The position numbers and the translations under genes are program-made. The notes below the pieces were generated by a model. It worked only from the letters and a program-made list of their open reading frames with translations, made no database searches and was not told the DNA's origin. Below are positions 17,493 through 27,545 of a stretch of DNA of 64,000 bases, in pieces; positions within the stretch are counted from its first letter, which is position 1, and every line of letters begins with the position of its first letter. The stretch comes from an uncultured virus (IMG/VR IMGVR_UViG_3300042987_003191) (lineage: Duplodnaviria > Heunggongvirae > Uroviricota > Caudoviricetes), in the IMG/VR virus record IMGVR_UViG_3300042987_003191, one strand, 5' to 3'.

Positions 17493-18437
17493 ATGTGGCC
17501 CTCTAATCGGGCATTCTGGGACGATTGCTTTCAGAATGCCCGTAGATATGGCGCTCGCTACCCTGAGCTGGTAGCGGCGCAATGCTGCTTAGAGAGTGGC
17601 TTCGGCAAGCACACGTCTGGCACTCACAATTACATCGGTGCAAAAGGCGAAGGCACTACTACCACCACGCAAGAATTTTACGATGGCCAATGGGTGACCA
17701 TCAAAGCTGGATTTATTGATTTTCCTAGTCTTGCTGCTTGCATTGAATATTTAATCACTCGCTGGTATAAAGACTATCGCCATTTCAAGGGCATTAATAA
17801 TGCCCCGAATCGTTATGCAGCAGCGCGAATGCTCAGGGAGCAATCGTATGCCACTGATCCCGATTACCCTGCAAAGTTGTCTAAGCTCATGAAGGAATAT
17901 GCTCCTGAGAGCACTGCTTTTACTATGGTTGGCCCTAAAAAACGTCCGCAAGATTTTGGCTTTAAGAAAGGCGATTCACATTTGATTGTGAACGATGCCG
18001 TGGAAACAATGAAAGCTTTCTCTTTTGAAGGAAAACTTTTGTGGGAAATCCCGTGTCTCGCTCGTGGGCAATACAGTGATTTTGAATGGAAAATCACAAA
18101 TTCTGATACACCAGTAGGCCTTTACAAAATCGGCACTATTTACAAGGATTACGAAAAAGTTGGCGAAAAACCTTCCTATGATCGTACGCTTATGGCTTAT
18201 GGATGGTATAGCTTTGACATGATTGAGCTAGAGAATCAAGAGGCAGGCAATGGGAGAGCAGGGATAATGATCCATGGAGGAGCTAGTGCCCTTGGCTGGC
18301 CAGGTGCATGGGCTCCAAACCAAGCTCTTTTCCCAACTCACGGCTGCGTTCGCTGTCGAAATATTGACCTTCGCGATAAAATTCTGCCGCTCACTAAAAC
18401 CGGCACAACCTTTGTTTCGGTTTTTCAAGAAGGCTAA
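17493..18437 (+). CDS. endolysin: glucosaminidase (GH73/FlgJ-like) + L,D-transpeptidase-like (YkuD) domain
   Basis: AAQCCLESGFG...NYIG.K...YATDPDY; C-terminal IMIHGG...THGCVR. Confidence 0.85.
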   Translation: MWPSNRAFWDDCFQNARRYGARYPELVAAQCCLESGFGKHTSGTHNYIGAKGEGTTTTTQEFYDGQWVTIKAGFIDFPSLAACIEYLITRWYKDYRHFKGINNAPNRYAAARMLREQSYATDPDYPAKLSKLMKEYAPESTAFTMVGPKKRPQDFGFKKGDSHLIVNDAVETMKAFSFEGKLLWEIPCLARGQYSDFEWKITNSDTPVGLYKIGTIYKDYEKVGEKPSYDRTLMAYGWYSFDMIELENQEAGNGRAGIMIHGGASALGWPGAWAPNQALFPTHGCVRCRNIDLRDKILPLTKTGTTFVSVFQEG

Positions 18438-18461
18438 TTATTTGCCATCCGCAAATAGCAA

Positions 18462-18866
18462 ATGAACTGGCAATCTTGGTTTAATGCACTTTGTTATGAA
18501 CTAGCCTTATGGGCCGCCTCAAGGTGGCCTTCTCTTGCATTGAAGCCATGGTTCAAAATGCTCATGGCTCATTGCCGCCCTGATTGGTCAGAATGGAAAA
18601 CCAAAGGAGTAATAAAGAAAATTGACCAGCAGGCAATCACACTGGTTAAACGATGGGAAGAGGATGAGCGGGAAACAAAAGCAAATGCTCTCGCCGAAAA
18701 AGCTCATGAGCTGTTTCCTGATGCCAAAGTCACGCCCCTTCCCAATGCTATTGTCCCGTCTGTTCTCATTGAAAAGGCCCCACCAGCGGAGGCTAGCGAG
18801 GCCGTAAAAGCCTTGGGAGGAGAGATGAGGATTACGTACCAGCTCCCAAGCCAAGAAGCGCCCTAA
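18462..18866 (+). CDS. hypothetical protein
   Basis: 134-aa ORF after the endolysin. Confidence 0.6.
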   Translation: MNWQSWFNALCYELALWAASRWPSLALKPWFKMLMAHCRPDWSEWKTKGVIKKIDQQAITLVKRWEEDERETKANALAEKAHELFPDAKVTPLPNAIVPSVLIEKAPPAEASEAVKALGGEMRITYQLPSQEAP

Positions 18867-19104
18867 GGCGCTTCCACTTAGTAAGCTCCTTCTCGTGGTA
18901 GTCCTCCCACGAGGCAATGGTTTCGCTCAGCGCTTTGCAAGCCATTGCCGGATCATCGTCCGTCAGTAGCTCAGCGAGAATGTCTGAAAGATGCTCGGTT
19001 TGTTGTTTGTACCAATCACTTTCTGCAACGAAAGGAAATGCCATGAAGAGGGGCGGCATGGTGCCGCCCAAGCATAGCTCTTTAGTACAGTTCGCGCCAG
19101 CCAA
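18832..19104 (-). CDS. hypothetical protein
   Basis: ORF; start probably internal. Confidence 0.5.
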   Translation of the reverse strand: MAGANCTKELCLGGTMPPLFMAFPFVAESDWYKQQTEHLSDILAELLTDDDPAMACKALSETIASWEDYHEKELTKWKRLRALLGLGAGT

Positions 19105-20302
19105 TCTGACCAGTAGCCTTCATTGCAGTTTCGCATTGAATAGTAAGCATTAAAATGTCACTATCACCGTTAGCAGTTTTGCCTAGCGAAAGAGCCAAAG
19201 AGCCTTCTGGAGAAAAAGCAGTATTGCTGCGTCCAGAAAGAAAACCTGTGCTGACAATAGTTCCGCCACTAAATGTACCACTTGCCATCACTTCAACATT
19301 ACCTCGTCCATTTTCAGCCGCATTCCATACGCCACTAACAGTGGGATTCAAATAAAGACGCCATTTTGCGATAGCATTACCATCGACTGCTACATCAATT
19401 TGAGCTGGCATCACTAAATTGTCTGTGCGACCACTTGCCATGCGGATGGCTGCAAATAAAGTTTCAGATGTAGTACTTTTAACTCCAGCAATTCCTGCGC
19501 CTCCTGTATAAATAGGGCCAGTAGGCTCATAGCCGCCTTCACTCATTGCAGAGCAGCAAATTTGCTTTAACGTTGCGGAAGAAGCAATAGTGGAACTATT
19601 GTGAATACGGTAAGACAATGGAAGAGTGGCAGATGTCATATACACTGCTGTCCTTGTATTTGCATGATTAAATTCATGGCACCATTTAATTTCACCATCA
19701 ACAACAAATCCGCAGCGCACTCTTCCAACACCAAGCCACTCAAGGTCAGTTATGAATATATTTGTCTTGTTAAACAACAAGGAAGAAAATGTATCAATAT
19801 TCCAAGAGGATTGATTGACTACTTCCTCTGCAACGCTGCCGCCCGCATAGCTGCGAATGACAAATTGAAGAGTTGTGCCGCTTGCTCGGAGGATCACGCC
19901 ATTTTCATCGTCAAAATATCCCACTTCTTGAATGAGGCCAGCAGTAAGAGCATTGCCGCAGAAGCTTTGCATCACTAGCAAGCTTTTACCAGGCTGATAA
20001 GGAAGGTCGCGCTTGGTACGACGCAAAGCTGTATCGCCAGATGCGGTGGTAGTTTTAAGTTCAAGCGAACTTTCATTGATTAGATAATTGACAGAGGCGC
20101 CGCCTGTTACAGCCTCAAACCATTGATCAGTGCGCTTTGTGTAACGAAGTGTACTATCAAAAAGCGTAAATGGTTCGCTGGTTCGTGCCCGCCCAAACGC
20201 ATCTACACTCCCGCTATCCGGACCTTTTTGAAGAATGCGCCCACGATGATCAGCCTCAATGCGAGTTTCAAACTGTTCGCCACCCGCAATAATTTGGCCC
20301 AT
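19082..20302 (-). CDS. conserved phage beta-rich protein, probably virion-associated
   Basis: DAFGR.R.SEPFTLFDS, YQPGKS, DLEWLGVGRVRCGF, LP..Y, SEGG motifs. Confidence 0.7.
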   Translation of the reverse strand: MGQIIAGGEQFETRIEADHRGRILQKGPDSGSVDAFGRARTSEPFTLFDSTLRYTKRTDQWFEAVTGGASVNYLINESSLELKTTTASGDTALRRTKRDLPYQPGKSLLVMQSFCGNALTAGLIQEVGYFDDENGVILRASGTTLQFVIRSYAGGSVAEEVVNQSSWNIDTFSSLLFNKTNIFITDLEWLGVGRVRCGFVVDGEIKWCHEFNHANTRTAVYMTSATLPLSYRIHNSSTIASSATLKQICCSAMSEGGYEPTGPIYTGGAGIAGVKSTTSETLFAAIRMASGRTDNLVMPAQIDVAVDGNAIAKWRLYLNPTVSGVWNAAENGRGNVEVMASGTFSGGTIVSTGFLSGRSNTAFSPEGSLALSLGKTANGDSDILMLTIQCETAMKATGQIGWRELY

Positions 20303-20336
20303 GATGAAAATGCTTTGTTTCCATTGTACTGTCATT

Positions 20337-20359
20337 AAAAAGGGGCCTTTCGGCCCCTT
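20337..20359 (-). terminator. intrinsic terminator
   Basis: AAGGGGCC-gaaa-GGCCCCTT-TTT on the minus strand. Confidence 0.7.
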
Positions 20360-20361
20360 GC

Positions 20362-20499
20362 TCATTTACCTTGTCCGCGTGTTTTCTTGCGGCCATGATT
20401 GGCTTTACTATTCTTGCCTTGTCCTTGCCTAGTGAGTTTAGGCTTACTAGGAGAAAACAATTTTTGTCCGCTAATGCCAATCTTTGACTTGGAAACCAT
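20362..20499 (-). CDS. small basic cyanophage-type protein (45 aa)
   Basis: KPKLTRQGQGKNSK...RKKTRGQGK motif. Confidence 0.65.
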   Translation of the reverse strand: MVSKSKIGISGQKLFSPSKPKLTRQGQGKNSKANHGRKKTRGQGK

Positions 20500-20524
20500 A
20501 AAGGAAAATCAATTCGCTCATAGC

Positions 20525-21034
20525 TTAGCTTCCCATGGTTGAAGCGTCTTCTTCAGGAGCGACGGGAAGAGGGGCGTACGGATCGCGTGGCCACACTGGA
20601 TATTCTTGTCCAGTGATATAAGCTGCAAGCTCAGGGGTGTCGACCGTCTCTTGAATGGCAATAATTTTCTCTTTAGATGCCAGTCGAATATCTTCGCGCC
20701 ACTGTTTTAACAATGGATCGGCAGGCTTTCCGTTATCAGCTTCGCGAATAATTGTCCAATCCGTGGGGGCTAAAAGAGAATTGGCAGTAGTGCGAGTTTG
20801 TTGACACCATAATTCAACAAGCTGTTCGTGGTCTTTAGGGATTGCATGTCCTTCATTGTCCCATCCCCAGTAAAAACGTTGATCCGGTGGGGCCGGAGGA
20901 TCTGGTACTTCGGTAATTCCAACGTTTGCCTTGTCTTGCGCAGAAGATAGCCTGAGCCAATTTGCTGGCAACAAAAGACCATCAAGATCTAATGGCGTGT
21001 CAAGAGGAAGAGAACGTCCCTTGTAAACAAACAT
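20525..21034 (-). CDS. tail fibre assembly chaperone
   Basis: PANWLRLS...GI.E..D...DQRFYW...LL.PTDW.IIR...W; lies downstream of the fibre gene. Confidence 0.75.
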   Translation of the reverse strand: MFVYKGRSLPLDTPLDLDGLLLPANWLRLSSAQDKANVGITEVPDPPAPPDQRFYWGWDNEGHAIPKDHEQLVELWCQQTRTTANSLLAPTDWTIIREADNGKPADPLLKQWREDIRLASKEKIIAIQETVDTPELAAYITGQEYPVWPRDPYAPLPVAPEEDASTMGS

Positions 21035-21060
21035 TGTTAAGAAATGCTACAAAACCGCAA

Positions 21061-21303
21061 TTAAGCAGTCTTTTGCTGTATTGTAGCCATCTTTGCTTTT
21101 GCGTTACTGACTTGGCGATTTTCCTCAGCGCCGCATCCACAGCTTTTGCTTTTGCCGGTGGTCAGGTTGTTGGTGTGCATTACTTTTGCATTACCGCAGT
21201 CGCAAATGCAGTGCCAACGAGTCTGCCAACGCGGACCATTTGGCGCACGGCTCACAGCCTTAAGTCGCCCAAACCGTTGACCAGTGAGATCTTTAATGGC
21301 CAT
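21061..21303 (-). CDS. isolated N-terminal Zn-binding module of HNH/AP2-type homing endonucleases (possible remnant)
   Basis: DLTGQRFGRL......W.C.CDCGN......L..G.SKSCGC with no nuclease domain. Confidence 0.65.
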   Translation of the reverse strand: MAIKDLTGQRFGRLKAVSRAPNGPRWQTRWHCICDCGNAKVMHTNNLTTGKSKSCGCGAEENRQVSNAKAKMATIQQKTA

Positions 21304-23651
21304 CAGCGAGCACGACTATAAGCAAAAGGCGCCTCTGCCCAAGCGTACCCAACGTATGTGGCTCCAGAAGAGTTCACGCTGGCATTAGTTGTGCGCAGTT
21401 TGAAGCCGTTGCTGGTGATGTCCAGCAGATCTGTAGTACCTTCGGCGTCGCTGAGGTTGGGATACAGCGGATCATTATCCACGTTGTAACCTTCGCGGGC
21501 TGTGTCTAACAGTGTCCAGTTTCCAGTAGTGCTAGAACACTTTAGAAGAATCAAACGTGGGCGGAATCCGAGATACACAAAGCTGCCATCTGTCGATCCA
21601 TTGCCTGTGTAACTGAACCCACTTGAGTACCCGACTACAGAACTCCACAAGTATGCAACGTAGGTGCCATTGTTTGTGTTGACATCTGCTGCCGTGCCCA
21701 GACTAAAGTTTGTGCTGGTGGGCGAGGTGCTGTTCCAGTAGGTGGCGCCAGTGGCTTTAGCTGCTGTGCTGTTGAGCAGCAGGTACTCCGTATTAGCAAG
21801 CGAGCTATGCCACACAGCCCAGTTGGTGGCAGAGGCAGCCGTACGCTGTTTGACGATCATGAACGATGGTGCCACTCCCAGAGAATGTGCAATCGTTCGG
21901 TTGGCACCGTTGCCGGTGTAAGTCACGATGTCAAAGCCATCGGCAACCGCCTCGTCCCAGCACCACGCCACATAGGTTGCGGCGTTGGTGTTGACCTGTG
22001 CCAGCGTGCCAAGCGTGAAGCCGTTGCTGTTGAACGCGGTGAGGCCGCCGTCGCTGGTGACTTCAGGGTCGGTGTTATTGGATTCCAGCCGTGCTTGGGT
22101 GCCGCGAACTGCGTCATAGATGGTGTGATCTGTTGCGGCAGAACGCGACTTGATCCACACCAAGTCTGGGCTAAATCCAAGCGAGCTAGTAGGTGTCAGC
22201 GTCGCGCCTGTGCCGGTATAAGTGACACAATCAAAGGCACTACTAGGCTTGGCGACTACTGGGGCGGGCAGGTTGGTATCGCACAGGGCCTTGAAGCCGC
22301 TTGGGGCGGTGTAGGCGAAGGCGCGTTGGCCGAAGTTGGCGGAGCATGATTGTCCACCCGAACCTGCCGACAGCGCAGGGCCTAACAATTTTCCAGACAG
22401 ACCAGTTATAGAGCTAGATGAACCACCAACCTTGGCGCCATTTCGGTAGAAGTTAACGGTTCCAGCGTCGCAATCAAAAGCAATACCAATAACGTCGTTG
22501 TTTGCATACGTATAAGTAATTGAGTCAGGAAATGCGGTGTTTACACCGTTAACTCTTAGCTGGCCGCTTGAGCCGTAATAGTAATAGGTTCCAGTGTTGG
22601 TGTACTCTTTTTTGCTGTTTATGGCAACGTCGTAGTCTGCAACACCTAGCATCAAGTATTGGCCTGTAACTGTAGTGATTTCGTAATACCACTTACCTGA
22701 CCTGACGGCCAGTGTTGCACCTAGCCAAGCGCCATTGGGGATTGACGCTGCTTCTAGGTTTCCATTACTCAAAACAGTAGTGGCGTCTTTTTCCAGCGGA
22801 TTCCAAGTGCAATAGTTACCCATCACCTCCCCACCAGCGCCTGTATCGGTGCCGTAAGAAGTCGGGGTGTCTACGAGGGAATCGTTGCCTACACCAGCGG
22901 TGACGCTGAGGTTGTTCGGCGTCCAGTTGTTGCTGCCCGCTCGATCCTTGCCAAGCGTGGTGGCAGTGGCGGCTGAGTTATCGCTGAAATCAAGCCTGAA
23001 CCCGTTGGTGCCGTATGTGCCGGTGTAAGCCTTGGGCACCCACTGGCCGGTGGTGGCGTTGGTTTCGGCGAAGCTGCTTGGGGTTAGGGCTTGGCCGTCG
23101 ATGAAGTGGATGTCGGCGAGGTAATCGTCTGTGTAATACCCACTGGCATATCGCCCTATGTAGTGCGTATCTGCATTATTCCAGAAAAGTTGATCGTTCT
23201 GACTTGGGTATGCATAGCTACCTGCAACGGAAGAGCCATTAACGTAAGCCTTAAACCTGTTTGCAGCAGTAGCCTGAGTTGTATCTACTGCCAATACAAT
23301 GTGATACCAAGCTGATGCGTCTCTGAAAACTCCCGTTGACGTTAGCCCAATGGATGTTCCAGTAGAGTTGCCATAGATATACAGTGCATTGGTTGAATCG
23401 AACATCACGCTGAATTGGTCAGTTCCGCCAGATCCATCGATGCCGAATACTCTGGGGTTTGAAGTACCCAGAATGGTACGCTTAATCCAGAAGGAAAAAG
23501 TAAACGTGCGTCTGTTACCCGCAGATGGGAAGTTTCTGGACAAGAAGGCACTGTCACTACTGTTGAAACGTAAAGACCTAGAGATACTATATGCTGCAGC
23601 ACCACCAGCTTCTTCGCCTAATAGTAAGGCATTAATACTTCCTGGAATCAT
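21303..23651 (-). CDS. tail fibre / receptor-binding protein (LamG/ConA-like + SPRY-like + repeats)
   Basis: SLRFNS.DSA.L.R, FRD.SAWYHIV.AVDTTQ, SGKWYYE, FSPDLVWIK.R, YTGNG repeats. Confidence 0.85.
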   Translation of the reverse strand: MIPGSINALLLGEEAGGAAAYSISRSLRFNSSDSAFLSRNFPSAGNRRTFTFSFWIKRTILGTSNPRVFGIDGSGGTDQFSVMFDSTNALYIYGNSTGTSIGLTSTGVFRDASAWYHIVLAVDTTQATAANRFKAYVNGSSVAGSYAYPSQNDQLFWNNADTHYIGRYASGYYTDDYLADIHFIDGQALTPSSFAETNATTGQWVPKAYTGTYGTNGFRLDFSDNSAATATTLGKDRAGSNNWTPNNLSVTAGVGNDSLVDTPTSYGTDTGAGGEVMGNYCTWNPLEKDATTVLSNGNLEAASIPNGAWLGATLAVRSGKWYYEITTVTGQYLMLGVADYDVAINSKKEYTNTGTYYYYGSSGQLRVNGVNTAFPDSITYTYANNDVIGIAFDCDAGTVNFYRNGAKVGGSSSSITGLSGKLLGPALSAGSGGQSCSANFGQRAFAYTAPSGFKALCDTNLPAPVVAKPSSAFDCVTYTGTGATLTPTSSLGFSPDLVWIKSRSAATDHTIYDAVRGTQARLESNNTDPEVTSDGGLTAFNSNGFTLGTLAQVNTNAATYVAWCWDEAVADGFDIVTYTGNGANRTIAHSLGVAPSFMIVKQRTAASATNWAVWHSSLANTEYLLLNSTAAKATGATYWNSTSPTSTNFSLGTAADVNTNNGTYVAYLWSSVVGYSSGFSYTGNGSTDGSFVYLGFRPRLILLKCSSTTGNWTLLDTAREGYNVDNDPLYPNLSDAEGTTDLLDITSNGFKLRTTNASVNSSGATYVGYAWAEAPFAYSRAR

Positions 23652-23661
23652 TTGCCTCTCC

Positions 23662-26619
23662 TTATTTCACATCATTGATCATGCGTGCGCTAATTCTAGA
23701 CGCACTTTCAACATAGTAAACAACAACATCAACTCCCGATGCGGTAGTGGTAGCTGTAGGAGCAGTGCCGCCAGGGAATTTCCAGCCAGAGAACGAAACA
23801 AGTCGGCTACCTGTGCCGTCTTGACTGAGAACCAAAGCACCACTTTGTCCCGCAGTAAGTCCAGATGGTAATGCAAAAGTAGTAGTGCCACTTAAAGTGG
23901 CTGCAAAATTATTTCCTAACGAAAGGTCAATAGTTACAGTGCCACTGCCTGCCACATTTACAACAGATCCTCTTTGGGCCGCTGTAAAACTTTGGGCAGC
24001 AGCAAGTTGTGCATAGCCACTAATTGTTTGTCCAGCGGCAAAAATAATAGCGCCAGTCATTGTGCCGCCAGATTTTGGCAGCGCAGCATTGGCTAAGTCA
24101 TAAGCAGCCTTCACTGCATTGGGAGTGGCAGCCGTAGTAATGCTTGTGCTATTTGTGCTATCAGTAAGCTGAAGCTTGCCTGCAACACTTGTACTACCAG
24201 CAATTACAGAAGTGACGCCTGAGTTAGTAATTGAAACATCGCCAGACAATGCCACTCCAGAAGCGACATTGCCAACAGTCCCAACAAAAATATTGGCATT
24301 GTCCAAGGCCTTAGGAAGAGCTGCAGCCGCAAGATCATTTGCAGTTTTGACAGCAGTAGCAGTTGCAGCAAGCACAGAACTAGTTGTGCCAACGCTATCA
24401 GTAAGCTGAACTACACCAGCAGCACTAGTGCTTGCAGCCGTAACGCTAATTGCTGGAGTTGTTGTGCCATTGCTCACTTGGATAGGGGCAGAGCCTGTGA
24501 CATTAGTCACTGTTCCTACGTAGTCAGCTCCCCATTCAACACCTGCTGCAGCGGCGCTGTTGGCCCTTAAAATTTGACCATTAGTACCAACGGCTAGCTT
24601 TGTTAAAACAGTGCCAGATGATGCAACTAAAATATCTCCTTTTGTATAGCTACTTGCGCCAGTGCCGCCATAGGCTTCATCTAGCACTCCAGAATTAATA
24701 TTACTTGCACTTCTTGATTCATTCGCCACTTCTTCAATGGCTAATTGCACTGTCGTGCTTGAAACGCCAGAAGCAGGCGTGAAAGAAACATTAGAAGCTG
24801 ATTGCGACGTATAAGTGGAGCTGACATCCACTTCCACCCATGCATTGCCATTGCAAAGCAAAATATCTGGCGGCTGCAACAGTGATTCAGGGGCAGGAGA
24901 AGTGCCAGTGCCGCCACTGTCAACAACTACGTAATAACGATTGAATACACTAGATGGAGAAGGGAGAGCTTCATTAATAGTGAAACCAACGGCAGATCCA
25001 TCAGAGCTAGTGCTTGAAACAATATTACCGCTTGCGTTGTAAGTACCAGCAAAGATAATTTCGCCAACACTAATTCCTACTGGGTTCCAAACGTTACCAT
25101 CCCAAAGATATAAATCCTTCTGCAATGGATTAAAGAAGAATTGTCCAATAAAATCAGCCACTGGCGGAGCTTCGCCAAATTGGCTCACAGAGTAATTAGC
25201 AAGCTTAGACGCGAGAATCGCATCATCGGCAATTAGCCCACTACCAAAGGTGCCTGTGGTGATTTTGCTTGCTGGAAGCCCAGGAATATCAGCCGCAACA
25301 AGAGAAGCTTCGCCAGCACTTACATGGCCTTGACTATCAACAGTTACCTTGTAATAACTGCCGGAAGCAACGGTATTACTATGATTAAAAGCCCCATTTA
25401 CGGCAACAAGACCGGAACCCGCTTGTGCCACCCCCAGTCCAGACCCAGTTGCCACGGGAAGATCAGTGGCAGCAATGGCACGAAAAGTGGGCACAGCGTC
25501 TGCAGCGCCACTCGCAGGACCAGCAAAAAATCTTGAAGCTACTTGCTCGCTTAGAGATGCGACAACTTCTGCGGTGTAATTATCTGGATACAAAGTAGCA
25601 AAACTATAAACTGCATCTCCCGAAAGAGTTATTGACGAAAGAGCAGACTGCCTTTGCCATGCAGATCCAGTCCAGCAATATTCGTATCCAGTGTTAGTGT
25701 TGAACCATTGTTGGCCAATAAATTCCCCGCTTCCTACGGGCGCAGATCCTGCGACAATGGAAGAAGAGTTGTCAGCAAGCTTAACTCCAGTGACGGCACC
25801 ATTGTCTAATTTTGCAGTGATGATAGCACTATCATTAATCTTCGCGGAAGTAACGGCGGAATTTGCGATGGTAGTAGAAAATCCTGCGGTACCAGTGCCA
25901 GTGACATCTCCAGAAAGCGTAATTGTCTGATCGCCAGTATTTGTACCGGAGGATGACCCCGAAAAGGTGCCGCTTTGTGTGGCTAACGTACCGAGACCAA
26001 GCGCAGTGCGTTGCGCTGCAACATCTGTGGCAGCAAGAATATCACGACCAGCCGCTGTCATTGAAATAGCTTCAACAGCACCGCTTCCGGCAGTGCTGCG
26101 CCCTAAAAGAATGTCAGTGGCAATAGATTGAATCTTTGCAAAGCTAACAGCGCCGTCTGCAATTTTTACTGACGTAACTCCACTGTCTGCAATCAATGCA
26201 GTGGTAATTGTGTCGCCAGTGGCGACTGCACCAAGGCCCAAAGTGGTACGAACTGCAGAAGCATCAGCGTCGTCCAGAAAAGAACGAGCAAAAGATGTAC
26301 AGTCAATCTCTTCTATAGTTCCAGACCCAGCGCTTGCTCTGCCAAGGATTTTGTCTGTAGCTGAAATATTTTGAATCTTTCCGTAGGAGACAACACCAGA
26401 TCCAATGGCATTGGCTCCAAGTTTTGTAGTGCTTGATTGGTTAATTTTGGCAATATCAAGAGTAGAGGCATCCGCCAGGTCAAAGCCTGCCTGAATAAGA
26501 TTCTTTACCTGTACCTTTTTTGTCTGGCTTGCGGTAACGTCTACAATAGGTAGAACGTCATTTGAAGCAACGCCCGCCTGAGAAAGTTCGACGAGTTCCG
26601 TAATTCTCTGATCGGCCAT
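23662..26619 (-). CDS. long tail fibre protein
   Basis: Gly/Ser/Ala/Thr-rich; KIADGAV repeats; AG.VQLTDS..STS...AATP.AVK.AYD fibre repeats. Confidence 0.85.
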   Translation of the reverse strand: MADQRITELVELSQAGVASNDVLPIVDVTASQTKKVQVKNLIQAGFDLADASTLDIAKINQSSTTKLGANAIGSGVVSYGKIQNISATDKILGRASAGSGTIEEIDCTSFARSFLDDADASAVRTTLGLGAVATGDTITTALIADSGVTSVKIADGAVSFAKIQSIATDILLGRSTAGSGAVEAISMTAAGRDILAATDVAAQRTALGLGTLATQSGTFSGSSSGTNTGDQTITLSGDVTGTGTAGFSTTIANSAVTSAKINDSAIITAKLDNGAVTGVKLADNSSSIVAGSAPVGSGEFIGQQWFNTNTGYEYCWTGSAWQRQSALSSITLSGDAVYSFATLYPDNYTAEVVASLSEQVASRFFAGPASGAADAVPTFRAIAATDLPVATGSGLGVAQAGSGLVAVNGAFNHSNTVASGSYYKVTVDSQGHVSAGEASLVAADIPGLPASKITTGTFGSGLIADDAILASKLANYSVSQFGEAPPVADFIGQFFFNPLQKDLYLWDGNVWNPVGISVGEIIFAGTYNASGNIVSSTSSDGSAVGFTINEALPSPSSVFNRYYVVVDSGGTGTSPAPESLLQPPDILLCNGNAWVEVDVSSTYTSQSASNVSFTPASGVSSTTVQLAIEEVANESRSASNINSGVLDEAYGGTGASSYTKGDILVASSGTVLTKLAVGTNGQILRANSAAAAGVEWGADYVGTVTNVTGSAPIQVSNGTTTPAISVTAASTSAAGVVQLTDSVGTTSSVLAATATAVKTANDLAAAALPKALDNANIFVGTVGNVASGVALSGDVSITNSGVTSVIAGSTSVAGKLQLTDSTNSTSITTAATPNAVKAAYDLANAALPKSGGTMTGAIIFAAGQTISGYAQLAAAQSFTAAQRGSVVNVAGSGTVTIDLSLGNNFAATLSGTTTFALPSGLTAGQSGALVLSQDGTGSRLVSFSGWKFPGGTAPTATTTASGVDVVVYYVESASRISARMINDVK

Positions 26620-26674
26620 TGCTTAGCAGATTCAATTCTAGATATAGTCTAATCTTAAACCACCGCTACCATTG

Positions 26675-27523
26675 TCAGTCTGTTACTTCCTGCAATAGGT
26701 AATCAAGGCTTTGCTCAAGATAGATGGCGTCGTCATCCTCCTTAAGGATGTAATCAGACGGAGCGCCAACTACAAGCTTGAACTCTCCAGTGGTTACAAA
26801 GTCAATAGAGCAAGCAACAAGGGCATCCGCCGTAACCGTCACTCCAGCTCTGGTGACAACAGCCTCAATGTCGTAGTAAACCTCCTCTGTAAAAGAAGCA
26901 ATTTTTTCAACAGAAGACAATGATAGCAGTGCTTTAAACGCACTGCCCACGTCAAGGCGATTAATAACCTGCAAAAGGAATAAAGGCACCTCCTCTGCAT
27001 TTAATGTTTCATAACTAAACAAGCACTCAATGCTACCGCCGCCGCTAAGAAGGCCAGCCGAATATTGCTGCCTGAAAACATCGCTAAGACTAGTGGTGTC
27101 TAGAGCAGCCCTGTCAGTATTCACTTGAAAAGAAGTGACAGAACCAAGCGTGTTGTGTCGAGTATCTTGAATTTCAACGATAATGCTTAACGGCTCGCCG
27201 CTAAAACTAGACAAAGAAATTTCCGCTGCACGATTGTTATTGATTGCGTCAGCAAAGTTATGAAATAGCCTTACACCACCTGCTGCGTTAATGTGGACAA
27301 ATGCACTAATGGCTTCTGGCGCAGAAGCTAAAAACTCTAGCCCACGAGCATCGTCCGTTGAAAACGAGACAAAATCTCCCGTAATTAAATTTGTATCGCC
27401 ACCATCAAAGCCAAAACGATTTAGCGATGTGTTGATATCATCTGGGGCAACTGACGAGACAAACTGATTATCCCCTCCCCTTTGGAGCCTCACTGCGCCA
27501 GTATGGCCAACAAAAAAAGTCAT
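26675..27523 (-). CDS. tail-tube-like protein with insertion domain
   Basis: Shares F..G..G..RL and DTT.L.D....GL.S..GS motifs with the adjacent 27546-27953 product. Confidence 0.55.
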   Translation of the reverse strand: MTFFVGHTGAVRLQRGGDNQFVSSVAPDDINTSLNRFGFDGGDTNLITGDFVSFSTDDARGLEFLASAPEAISAFVHINAAGGVRLFHNFADAINNNRAAEISLSSFSGEPLSIIVEIQDTRHNTLGSVTSFQVNTDRAALDTTSLSDVFRQQYSAGLLSGGGSIECLFSYETLNAEEVPLFLLQVINRLDVGSAFKALLSLSSVEKIASFTEEVYYDIEAVVTRAGVTVTADALVACSIDFVTTGEFKLVVGAPSDYILKEDDDAIYLEQSLDYLLQEVTD

Positions 27524-27545
27524 TGGATTATTTAACTCTCTGGTC

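Noticed and set aside
21303..26619. Diversity-generating retroelement acting on the fibre genes
   Set aside because: No reverse transcriptase and no template/variable repeat pair seen in the window.
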